This document shows positions 50,701-61,940 of a stretch of 64,000 nt of DNA, one piece after another. Position 1 is the first letter of the stretch. Each line of letters opens with the position of its first letter. Location of the stretch: positions 8,897,337 to 8,961,336 of the forward strand of contig CM082586.2 of the NCBI GenBank assembly GCA_040954595.2. The letters run 5' to 3'. The position numbers and the translations under genes are program-made. The notes beneath the pieces are model-generated. The model ran no database searches. It saw nothing but the letters and a program-made list of their open reading frames with translations, and was not told the origin of the DNA. This DNA is from Balanoglossus misakiensis. Taxonomy: Eukaryota > Animalia > Hemichordata.

Positions 50701-52043
50701 TTTTCTGTTCATCAAGAAAAAGTGGACAGAAGTTGGTAAAAACCAAAACTTTCACACTAGTATGTTTAACATCCGGGCAAAATTATCTTTAAAATGAGAA
50801 ACATGACACTTTACAATCTGTCCTGTACAATTGTCATCAAGATTTGCGATTGATCATAGACTTCTTTCCGTTTTTGCTATGTACAAAGAAAATCTGGATA
50901 GAAATTGGAGAAAACAAACGACTTTGAACAGTTCAATTTGTACATCAGGCGAAAACTATCCAAAATGGTAGATTTACAGATAATCTTAGGAGTTGATTTG
51001 ATATAATTTATCCATTTTTAATCAAAAGTCATATCAAATAAGGTCATATTATTATTATTTTTATTCTTTAATTGACTGAGGTACCGAATTTTCTGTTACC
51101 AATACCGCTGATGATACATCTTACACTGAGTTAGGTGTTTTCAACTAATTGTTAAATCTGTAGCTATTTAGCAATCTTTTTTCCAGTCTTTTTGACAATT
51201 TTCTAGTAAGCCTTGATATTTTGAATGGTTTTGTTGTTAAATGATTAAAAATTATGTTCCCATAAAAAGACTTGAACTAAAATAGTCAGTTTTTACAAAG
51301 TTTTATATTAATTAAACTGTTTTGACAAGTGCTCTACATATCAGACAAAATTGTTTGTTAATCTTTCAAATGTTAAATTTTATCAAAAGCCAAATTTAAA
51401 ATGGTAAAAACATGCTTCTTGAGGGTCTTTTTTCAGGTCATACACACAATAAGAAAACTGTATGTTGATGCATAGATGCTGTTTTTTTTAAATATATATT
51501 TGATGAACAGAGAATATCATTTGTAAAAAATTGGCCATTATCAAGTGAAACTATGTATTACTATATGTTACTTTTGGAAGCTTGTGCAAATTTTTTTTAT
51601 GATTTTGTGTTATATGGAAAATGGAGTTTTATTGCTGATGTTTTTGGTTATACAGTTATCTTATTGATAGCTAGTTCGATTTAAGTACCAAGACCATTCT
51701 CAGTATATAAAGTAGAATACATTTTCCGAGAGAATAGCTAGATATAAAGCTGTGAAATTATGGTGGAATGAGGGGGTTTAATATTTAGTGAGTTATCAGT
51801 TTTTAATTTGCATGTGGAATTCAAGATTTAAGATTTGGTATAGAGATATCAAAGAAACGGAGGTAAATTTGAAATGACACTAACAGCACTAACAGGGCAT
51901 AATTGACAAAGTGCTTTTTAATGTTTAATAGCTTTTAAAAGCCCATTTGAACTTTATCTTTTGCATTGTTTTGTGCTTGACATGACTTCATAATTGAGTA
52001 CAGAGATCTAATAGTAATCACTAGTGATTGTTGTAATAATTTT

Positions 52044-52842
52044 TTACACTGCTAGCCATATTGGTTTGTGGTCACTGTAGTATGATTCAAGTACACCAAC
52101 TTGTGTTGACTGAATATTCGTATAAATATGATCAAGGCAAGATCCATAGTTTGTTGTTGGTTCTTGAATAAGTTGTTTGTACTTGAGTTGGTTTGTCATA
52201 AATTCCATTAATTGCTTTGCTGAAGATGTTTGTTGTAACAAATCAACATAGAAGAGCACTTTGTAAGGTGTCTATTGATGTTGAAGGAGGAATGTAAATA
52301 GCAACTACTTGAAGTAAGCCAAGTGTTGTTTTGTATACTGCTGTGACAAATTCACAGTGAAAGTAATGGTGTGAATGTGGAAGAGACTCCAGGGTGTTAG
52401 CTTTGCTGTACAATACTAGCCCATTATATGGTCTTCTTTGTTGATTACTGTTGTCATCATGTCTGGAAATTTCAAAATCTGGAATTCTGTAATCATCATT
52501 CTGATCAGCACTTTGTAATCTTGATTCACTGCAAATAAGTACATCAGCTGATGTCAAATTGAAATCATTCACAACATCTTGGAAATGGCAATGGAGAGAT
52601 CTTACATTTTGATAAGCAATAATAAATTTGTTGGGTATATCATAGGGAAAAGTCAAACAAAGTTGTAACATGGAATGAGATCGCATGCGTTGCATTTCTT
52701 GTGTGACATCAGTGCTGACAGATATTTGATTTTCGTGTAATGTGGTTATGTGAAGACCAGCCAGTTTTGTGACCCTGCTAAGCGCAACATAATGTATATG
52801 ACACTGGTTTCTGTTTGAAGCAGTGCTAAAATCAACAACCAC
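52044..52842 (-). pseudogene. Helentron helicase C-terminus + apurinic-like (EEP) endonuclease, frameshift at ~52250
   Basis: HYVALSRVTKLAGLHI (Pif1 motif VI), YQNVRSL, LICSESRL, VVAIYIPP, CLDHIYTN, YYSDHKPIW. Confidence 0.9.
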
Positions 52843-54864
52843 ATCATTCAGAGTATCACCTTGGCAACGGTGGACAGTTTTTCCACTGGCTGGTCTAATG
52901 GGAAATTGTTTTCTAACAACTTCAGCATTCCTGTGTCTTCCTACTCTGAACTGCCGTGATATCTGTGCAATGGGTGTCCATGATTTGGTTATTTTTCTGT
53001 GGTATAAATGACGTTTTTTTGTCGTAGTGCCTTGCCAACAGCGCTATCATCAAATAAAATCCATAGAATTGTGACATCATCCAAGTCTGGTCCATCAATA
53101 AACTTGATTATTCCTGGAGTACCGTTTATTAATCAATCATCAACACACAGATTCATACACAGTTCAACTCGTTGATTTATTCCAACAGATAATTGAGATA
53201 CTAATCCCATTGTCTTTTGAGGGCCTAACATTGTAACTATGGCTAATGTTTTTTGTTTCACTGTTTCAGAGACATCCCCAATTACAGTATCAGTAGCAAA
53301 TACATTTGTTTTAGTTTCTGTGAGTCTATCATACACTGACATATTATGATCATCAACAAGTTTGTTCTCACAATACAGATGAACTATTGAATCATCATAA
53401 GGTGGACTTACATTATTGCTTTGTACTATCCGAGTTTTGAGAATACTTATGTCATCTGATGTGTGTTTTCCTTCCCGTACACGATTCAGTAATTCTGCAA
53501 AATTCAAGTAATCTTTTTGGCGCATAATATCAAACATTTGGAAAAGTTATTTCCATATATTCAAAGCAAGTGGTAATAATCATGCCTAAGGTCATGAAAT
53601 ATCCAGCCATCAAAGACAGGCTTTAATTGATATAGGTCTCCAAATGCAACTATATTGACACCACCAAAGAGTTGATTATTTGCCATGATTTGTTTCAGTC
53701 TAAGGTTGATGTAGTTGAACATACCATTGTCAACCATGGAGATTTCATCAATGAAAATGACTTTCAGATTTCTATATTTTGCTTGCAAAGTATTTAGTCT
53801 TTCTGATGTTAATGGTCGATAGTGAAATCCTTGACTTGCAGGAATTTGTAGTGCTGAGTGAATTGTACTACCCTTAATATTGTATGCCGCCTTGCCTGTT
53901 GGTGCCATGAGTAAAATGAATACATTATCAGGATTTTGACCGGGAAGACTTGAAAGATGTTTCAATAGTACTTGATAGAGTGATTTCAGAACAAGAGATT
54001 TACCAACACCTGCTCCGCCTGTTACAAATACATGCAAAGGATCTGTTTTTGTTTTAATCCATTGAATTACATGATAGAATATTTCTTTTTGCTTCTTGTT
54101 AAGAGTCTGTAAAAGGGGGTAGAGTTCAGTGTCAGGCATTCGTGGGTGTAGAAGTTCATTAATATTAGGATTGTTTACAGCAATACCAATGTCTTGACCT
54201 ATGTCATAATGTGAATGACTGTCATCCTGTGGGGCAAATATGTTCATTGTGTTACTTTGTCTACATCCTTCTGCAGAGTCTTGTCTTTCCTGATGTTCTG
54301 TATTTGGAACAATGTTGTCAAACATATCCACAGCTGTACTCTGTACTGCTTCAATTGTTTGATCTAATGCCTCAGCATTTTTATTGTATTCTTTTTGTTT
54401 AGTATCTACTTGCTGTTTGACTTGTAAATAGCGCTCGTAGTATGTATTACAACCAGCCATTAGTTGATTTTCATATCGCCAATGATAAAACAACATTACC
54501 AACTCTCTGTAATGATTTTCTGTGTCTCTTTCTTTATGGAAACGAACATATCGGATGACTTTACTTTTTGTGCGTTTCTTGTAGATAAGGCTGCCCACAC
54601 GATAAGTTGTTTGACCCTCCTCGTCCTCATTGTTGTACAAATCATCATTGTCTTTCTTATCTAGCTCATCATCTTTTTCCTTTTCAAATTTATACCAAGC
54701 TGCAAAATCTGCCAAGCACAAATTCTCAAGGGCCTTTGGACGACGCTCATATTTTTCCAAGATGTTGTCACTTTCTATATCAGTAGCATTTGCTGGCATA
54801 TTTTGTATTTCGTCCAGTGGTTTCAGTAGGATAACTCGATCATTAGGAGGTGCTGTATTAACAA
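52843..54864 (-). pseudogene. Helentron Pif1-family (SF1B) helicase, disrupted
   Basis: TGGAGVGKS, MAPTGKAAYNIKGSTIHS, IFIDEISMV, FGDLYQLKPV, IMRQKD, KQFPIRPASGKTVHRCQGDTL; frameshifts ~53545 and ~53030, premature TGA at 53133-53135. Confidence 0.92.
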
Positions 54865-55318
54865 TTATAATATACCTCATGCTAATACTGTGCCGTGATT
54901 CGCCAGAATCCGTCACGTGATAGGAAAATAGAATCGACTATGAACCGCTAGGGAAATAGCACAAAAAATATAAACCGGTCACGTGACCAGCGTGAGTGCG
55001 CAGACTCGGTCACGTCAATCAGCGTCGCGTCGTCTGACACAATGGCCACCGCGGAAGATGTCGTCTGCCAACCTCAAGAGAAAATTGCAAGATTTTCCCA
55101 GCTGTTAGCATGAGGTTTTTTATAAAACACCTATAGCCTGGCCTATATTCGGGCCATAGCAGCCGTTTTTACCCCCTCGTGGCTGTGAGTTACCAGAATC
55201 ATATGCTATTTCCCTCGGCCTGCGGCCTCGGGAAATAGCATATGATTCTGGTAACTCACAGCCCCTCGGGTGTAATAAACGGCCGCTATGGCCCTCATGG
55301 CCAGGCAATAGGTGTTCA
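54865..55318. mobile_element. 454-bp palindromic element inserted in the Helentron ORF (resembles non-autonomous Crypton/LRS-type repeats)
   Basis: acctcatgctaa/ttagcatgaggt inverted pair then ~190-bp hairpin centred on ccctcggcctgcggcctcggg; removing it restores SRDVIFVNTAPP in frame. Confidence 0.8.
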
Positions 55319-56330
55319 ATATGACATCTCGTGAAGCTCTTCTTAATTTCATTTGCATTGTAAGATAGACAGCTTCTTGAGCACTAACTTCAACATGATT
55401 TAGGAATTTGTTTCCTATGTGTCTGACACTTTCCCTGATGTCTTGATTTCCTTCTCTCACTTCATCTACAGCTCTAGCGAGCAAGTTACTCACTCCTCGT
55501 TGAGCTTTACTGATGTAAGATGCTATGTACATAGCACAGGCATATGGATCTATAATAAATTGAATGTCCATATTTGCTCTCCATGCTTTCAGTAGAATTT
55601 TATTGTAATTATTGATTCTGATTTCATTTGGGGATCTCTTGAGGAAGATTTTCTCTGATGTTAGAGATGACTGTAGTGCATTAATGTAGGTCTGTTCATC
55701 TAGTTGTATTTTATCTAAGAATTCATCAAATGAGATATTTTCTCCACATTGTAAATCAGCAAGTACACTTTTAATATGTTTATAGTGTTCTGTAAGTCTC
55801 TGTTCTGTTGTTTCATCAATATCCATGGGTAATGGTTCCAATATCATTGTTCTTGGCATAGGTGGAAGAGGAAAGCCAAATCTACAAACACACTGACCTT
55901 TCAGTTTACATGTTTTTGCATGTCTATGCATTTGATAATTTATCAATTCTGCAAGGTTTTCATCACTGGTTTCATTGCTGCATGTAATATACTGATCTAT
56001 GAAATTGGTAATTTTATCATTATCATTTTCACCATATACTGGTGCATCTTTGATCCATACAAGCATGTGTACATGTGGTGACCCTCTTTGTTGAAATTCA
56101 ACTCTGTAAAAGTAGTCCTGTATTTTACCAAGTGGATGATGTGAGCTCAGAAGAAAATCATGCATTAATTGCTGAAAGCAATGATCAAAGTGTCGAGCAC
56201 AAGTAACAAGGTCTGATTTGATCAGTTCCGACTTTGTGTTCCACGACATATTTAATATATCATTGTCTGTGTACTCCTTTTCATGAACTGTCTTGCCAAG
56301 AATTTTCAGCAGATGTATCCATTTGGACCG
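55319..56330 (-). pseudogene. Helentron Rep (HUH endonuclease) domain, N-terminally deleted
   Basis: YRVEFQQRGSPHVHMLVW (HUH motif 2), QMHRHAKTC..CRFGFP, WRANMDIQFIIDPYACAMYIASYISK (catalytic Tyr motif 3), VSAQEAVY. Confidence 0.93.
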
Positions 56331-57477
56331 GTTCACATATTTCAGAAGCAAGATTTGTACCATTATTGTTCAAAAATTCTTCCCAGTTATCATCAGACTC
56401 ATTTTGATCACAAACGTTCCAATTTGTACCAATTGTTATCTTTTCTGCTTTATACAAAGGACTGTTTTCAACTAACCACTTTGCTGCTATTAAAACTTTC
56501 TGAGGTCTAACATTTTCAACTTGGTAGGCATGATTGTAGCTGATTTTCCTCTTGAATTTGACTGGTATTGTTTGTGATTCATTGATAGTTCTCGGTAATG
56601 TCGAAACAGTACTAGAGACATCTGCTATGACATTGACAATATTGCCTTTGAGACTAATTTGTCTACCCCGTGGCAATTCTCTTATTTGCATGAAAGGAAT
56701 ACGCAAGGCCACAAGTCTTTCTTCAAGTGGATGTAATTGTAACTCTGGTGGGATTACTGGAAATGACATTTTGTTTGCTACAGCACAGGGTGGCAGCTTT
56801 GAGTCTTTTAAATACGAGTAGCAAGTTCTACATAATGGTGACATTTCATCAGTTGTGGCATTTGCATTTACATGGGTTGATGAAAATAATGAAAATTTAC
56901 TTTGGATATTATTGTAGTTTACAACACTTTCTCTGTACCACAGCTGTTCACAGCACACACATACAAATGTTGGACCATTCTGAACTGATTTATGAAAAAC
57001 ATCAGTAAGCTCCTTAATTGATTTGGCACCACCACAATTTCTGTTAATTTTCTTAGCTCTTGCATCTGCTTCCCTTTCAGATTGTCTGTACACTTCATCA
57101 GACCGTCTTAATTTCATTGATTCAACATTTCTCTGTTGTTCACGTTGTCTGTAAACTTCATCGGACCGTCTCAATTTCATTGATTGAACATTTCTCTGTT
57201 GTTCACTTTGTATGTACCCTTGATCGGACTGTCTTAATATCATTGATTGAACATTTCTCTGTTGTTCACATTTTCTGTACACTTCATCAGACCGTCTTAA
57301 TTTCATTGATTCTACATTTCTCTGCTGTTCATTTTGCCTCCACCAACTATTAGATCTTTTGATTCTTTTATATGATAAGTCTCTTTGTTTTTCATTCTCT
57401 TTAAAGTCAACATTTTTTTCTTTTTTCTTGCTTTCTCTTCCTGTCTCTCTCTTTTTCCCTTTCCCTATAACTTGCAA
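56281..57477 (-). pseudogene. Helentron N-terminal region: charged 20-aa repeats, Zn finger, DUF6570-like segment
   Basis: EQQRNVESMKLRRSDEVYRK-type repeats (60 bp), GPTFVCVCCEQLWY...CRTC, LHPLEERLVALRIPFMQIRELPRGRQISLKGNIVNV. Confidence 0.82.
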
Positions 57478-57498
57478 AGCCTATATTGTGTGTTGTGA

Positions 57499-57999
57499 TC
57501 ATATCATGTGTTTGCCCGATTCATGATCAGAGTCCTCAAGTGTCTGTGTAAGATGTGTATCTGTTATCTCATGGAAGTCATAGTGACCACTATCAATTTG
57601 TCCTTGTTCACGGATTGCATGATATAACAGGTGTATTGTCACTGAGGAATCACCCTCTATGAGAAATGGTTCATTGAGAATATCTAAATGAACTGCAATC
57701 TTCACATTGTATGCTGAAGCAGCTGCAGTTATTTCAATATGGCCACCAAAAGTTGCAAAACCTGGATCAGATTTAGACATGTACTGCCTGTAGTCATCTT
57801 GATTATTTACACTAAATCTCTGATATTCAGCAATAATGAAATCTTTATATTCATCCCAATGATCACATATATAGTTTACAGTTTGTAATCTAACAGCATT
57901 ATGATGAATCTGAGTTGCAAATAGGCCTTGACTTATAGCCCTAAATAGACAATTGCCATCACCCTCAATAACAACCTTTCTATAAGAATTTGATGACAT
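57499..57999 (-). CDS. OTU-family cysteine protease/deubiquitinase domain of the Helentron polyprotein
   Basis: GDGNCLFRAISQ, YRQYMSK...FGGHIEITAAA, LLYH...GHYD; same frame as next ORF, separated by two stops in 21 nt. Confidence 0.88.
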   Translation of the reverse strand: MSSNSYRKVVIEGDGNCLFRAISQGLFATQIHHNAVRLQTVNYICDHWDEYKDFIIAEYQRFSVNNQDDYRQYMSKSDPGFATFGGHIEITAAASAYNVKIAVHLDILNEPFLIEGDSSVTIHLLYHAIREQGQIDSGHYDFHEITDTHLTQTLEDSDHESGKHMI

Positions 58000-58392
58000 T
58001 GTCTTTTATGTTGGAGATGCAACTTTCTCTTTTTATTTTTGGCCTTTGTGCTTAATTTCTTTACTCTCATTGTATTGATGTATTCAACTTGTTACAGATG
58101 TGATAAGATTCCTTCAGATTATTCAAGTACTTACAGTATCAAAAAGATATGATCTGGAGTAAATGCTGTTGTGTTTCACTCAAGAACTCCTCTACAAATG
58201 GTCTCTGTATTTCTCTAGGATGGATTATTTGATAAAACACCAAGAATAAATAAAATATATCTCTGTATGTTGTGAATATATATCTTGTGGCAGTCACACT
58301 AAGATAAAAGCAAGTACTCAAATCTTCCAATTTTCAAATATTTAATTGATTCTTATGATAGCAAGTGTGATTATTATAAAAGTGAGCGTTCA

Positions 58393-59880
58393 ATGAGCCT
58401 TCCAATGGCCGAATGTGCAAATATGAGCCTTTCAACGGCCAAATATGAGCCTTCTAACAGCCAAATGTTCAAATATGAGCCTTCCAACGGCCAAATATGC
58501 AAGTATGAGCCTTCAAACAGCCAAATATGAGCCTTCTAAAGGCCAAATGTTCAAATATGAGCCTTTCAACGGCCAAATGTGCAAATATGAGCCTTTCAAC
58601 GGCCAAATGTGCAAATATGAGCCTTTCAACGGCCAAATATGCAAGTATGAGCCTTCAAACAGCCAAATATGAGCCTTCTAAAGGCCAAATGTTCAAAAAT
58701 GAGCCTTCCAACGGCCAAATGTGCAAATTTGAGCCTTTCAACGGCCAAATGTGCAAATATGAGCCTTTCAACGGCCAAATATGCAAGTATGAGCCTTCAA
58801 ACAGCCAAATATGACCCTTCTAACGGCCAAATGTGCAAATATGAGCCTTCCAACGGCCAAATGTGCAAATATGAGCCTTTCAACGGCCAAATATGCAAGT
58901 ATGAGCCTTCAAACAGCCAAATATGAGCCTTCTAACGGCCAAATGTTCAAATATGAGCCTTCCAACGGCCAAATGTGCAAATATGAGCCTTCCAACGGCC
59001 GAATGTGCAAATATGAGCCTTTCAACGGCCAAATATGCAAGTATGAGCCTTCAAACAGCCAAATATGAGCCTTCTAACGGCCAAATGTTCAAATATGAGC
59101 CTTCCAACGGCCAAATGTGCAAATATGAGCCTTTCAACGGCCAAATGTTCAAATATGAGCCTTCCAACGGCCAAATGTGCAAATATGAGCCTTCCAACGG
59201 CCAAATGTTCAAATATGAGCCTTTCAACGGCCAAATATGCAAGTATGAGCCTTCAAACACCCAAATATGAGCCTTCTAACGGCCAAATGTTCAAATATGA
59301 GCCTTCCAACGGCCAAATGTGCAAATATGAGCCTTCTAATGGCCAAATGTGCAAATATGAGCCTTCTAACGGCCAAATATGCAAGTATGAGCCTTCCAAC
59401 GGCCAAATGTGCAAATATGAGCCTTCCAACGGCCAAATGTGCAAATATGAGCCTTTCAACGGCCAAATATGCAAGTATGAGCCTTCAAACAGCCAATCAT
59501 GAGCCTTCTAACGGCCAAATGTGCAAATATGAGCCTTTCAACGGCCAAATGTGCAAATATGAGCCTTCTAATGGCCAAATGTGCAAATATGAGCCTTTCA
59601 ACGGCCAAATGTGCAAATATGAGCCTTTCAACGGCCAAATGTGCAAATATGAGCCTTTCAACGGCCAAATATGCAAGTATGAGCCTTCAAACACCCAAAT
59701 ATGAGCCTTCTAACGGCCAAATGTTCAAATATGAGCCTTCCAACGGCCAAATGTGCAAATATGAGCCTTCTAATGGCCAAATGTGCAAATATGAGCCTTC
59801 CAACGGCCAAATGTTCAAATGTGAGCCTTCCAATGGCCAAATATGCAAGTATGAGCCTTTAAACAGCCAAATGTGAGCCT
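58393..59880. repeat. 30-bp minisatellite with interspersed 22-bp variant, in Helentron 5' region
   Basis: atatgagccttccaacggccaaatgtgcaa units; gtatgagccttcaaacagccaa variant recurs giving 112/142/202/232-bp super-periods. Confidence 0.96.
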
Positions 59881-60559
59881 GTTAATGACCAAATCAATGT
59901 CTTGAGCAGTCTCACACGACTTCGTCTTGTAGATGTAATCTGTAAAATAAATAAAAACAATGTATGGTTTGAGTGGTAGCTGTGCAAAAGTGAAAGTTAA
60001 AAAACCAGTAGAAAGTACATGCCAATTAAATGTCACCCTATCATAAAATACTGCGAATGACAAAAGTATTGCTCCCATTTGATAACAACTTTTTTTGAAT
60101 AACTGCAACAAATATGAGTCATGTACCCCATCCTGAACTGCATAAAAAGATAAGTCTATGGAATTCTCTTTGATCAAAAATGGCAAGAAATATACCAAAA
60201 AGTATTAATATTTCACCAGATTTCAACAAATCTGATTTCTGTTCATGCCTAAGAACCTCTTTAACAAGTTTCAAATTTCACCACCGTTTGCACAAATGTG
60301 ATTCAGGTAAGCCCTATGAACCTTCATACCAAGATTCCAATCAATTGGACATGTAATTTCAGAGAAGAAATTTTTTTAACAAAACTGCAGAAAATTCCCC
60401 CAAAAATTCATAAAAAATAGCAAACACCAGATACTGACTCCACCTGAACAAAATCATACGAGGTCTTCCCAAAGTATTTGCACACCAATGCACGCCAATT
60501 TTTAACTGAATCTGATCCGCTGTTATTAATTTTTTTCAATTTTGACTATTTGAAAATTT

Positions 60560-60795
60560 TTCCAGTTAATACCAGTATGCATTTTTCGCAATAACAATTT
60601 CTATGTACACACTAAATATCAGTAGTTTCAAGTTGTTGATGTTGATGGACATACACATACATACATCAATACATTTAGACGAAACTGATCCATTCACAAA
60701 ATACATAATTCTGTATGAGGCACACATACAGACATACATAGACGACGGACACCAACTTATGCTATATGCTGACATTGATATACATGTTAGCCAAA
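60560..60795 (-). mobile_element. Nested HINE-type 5' end of a different family inside the Helentron
   Basis: Minus strand TTTTT-GGCTAACAT...ATGTCAGC inverted pair followed by (GTAT/GTCT)n; a similar nested 5' end (TTTTTAGGTCTGCTGTC..GACAACTGAGCT) lies at 44935-44968. Confidence 0.5.
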
Positions 60796-61869
60796 AACCA
60801 AAATCAACCTCAAAATAAACATTAAAATATATTGCACCACCATGAGAAGACAAATTCATTTTTCGACAAATTTTCTGGGGCGTCATTGATATAGCATGGC
60901 ATATTGTCAAAGTACGTAGTCTCTGTGATAAGATTCCATACACACAAAATGGTAACCTTGGAAGTCCAGCTGACGTAGTTATGCAATGGTGTCTCGTGTA
61001 TTCCGTCGCCAAAAAATCATCGTAAAATTGATAGTCGGGGTCACAATTCAAGACGACTTTCTCTAAATTCTTTATGAATGGATTAAATCGAAATCGAAAT
61101 GTTGACGTATGACGTACGGAATGAGATCTGAACAGACATTCAATGTTATCATTCTCGCTCGATCACATATTGGGTAGGCCATATAGCAATCGCTATATAG
61201 TATTGGCGATAACAGACTGTCTATAAACACACAAAACGGATTTTACTGTTGAGTGTGATCAACCGCCATGTTATTTTTCTCTGAACAATAGACAAATAGA
61301 AAGCCTGGTGACATTTTGAGATTGACTGCATGAGGACCACAATATGCGTGAATCATTTACGGTTTGTCTTGATGAATGGGTCACGTCATAGTCATAACGC
61401 GGATTCGGCTGCACGCCAACTATCCGCCATATTGTCTCCATTAACTTACTCGTAAGTAGTTTCAAACTTCATTTGAAAAGAGTAAAACACATACCTGACT
61501 TCGTCTGACGGTCCTGTAGATTAACAATTTACGCTCTATGAGGCAACTAAACAACGTTAGCTTCCTTGTGGATTCACGTAGGGAAGTTATTCGTAATGAC
61601 GGGTACAGCGTCTGAGCATGGACATAACCACGGCAATATCGCCAGGAATGTCTCATTTCACAGCGCCCTCACAGTCAATCTCTTCGACGAATCGTTTACA
61701 CTGGTCATACGTGGCGATACCGTGCATTAGAAAAATTAAAAATTTGATAATTTCATTACTATCCAAGCCACACGCACCAAAACCTTTTCAGTTCTTGCCA
61801 TATGATATCTGAACCTGTGTACTAAATTTGGTTGAAATCGGTTCAGCGGTTCTTGAGATATCGGGTATA

Positions 61870-61940
61870 CAGACAGACACACACACACACAGACATCGCT
61901 AAACTATAAGCTCACGTGATTTTCACGTGAGCTAAAAAAA
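61870..61940 (-). other. Helentron 5' terminus (T-run, 11-bp hairpin/sub-TIR, microsatellite)
   Basis: agctcacgtga-ttt-tcacgtgagct-aaaaaaa on plus; minus strand continues gtctgtgtgt..gtctgtctgt..atatctcaagaaccgctgaaccgatttcaaccaaattt, the typical DINE/HINE core. Confidence 0.82.

Larger units (their letters stand above)
41899..61933 (-). mobile_element. Helentron (endonuclease-encoding Helitron / Helitron2), ~20 kb, full-length but decayed
   Basis: OTU-ZnF-Rep-Pif1-AP endonuclease coding region (52044-57999); 5' end T7-AGCTCACGTGA-aa-TCACGTGAGCT + (GT/GTCT)n microsatellite at 61870-61940; inverse sub-TIR GCTCACGTG at 41918-41926 followed on minus strand by small hairpin and TTTT. Confidence 0.82.

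Noticed and set aside
54865-54916. Apparent N-terminus MTDSGESRHSISMRY of helicase ORF and C-terminal tail of Rep ORF (55206-55318)
   Set aside because: Derived from the inserted palindromic element, not the Helentron protein.
58445-59876. Repetitive ORFs (YEPSNGQMCK / MSLSTAKCAN)
   Set aside because: Minisatellite translation; 22-bp variants shift frame repeatedly.
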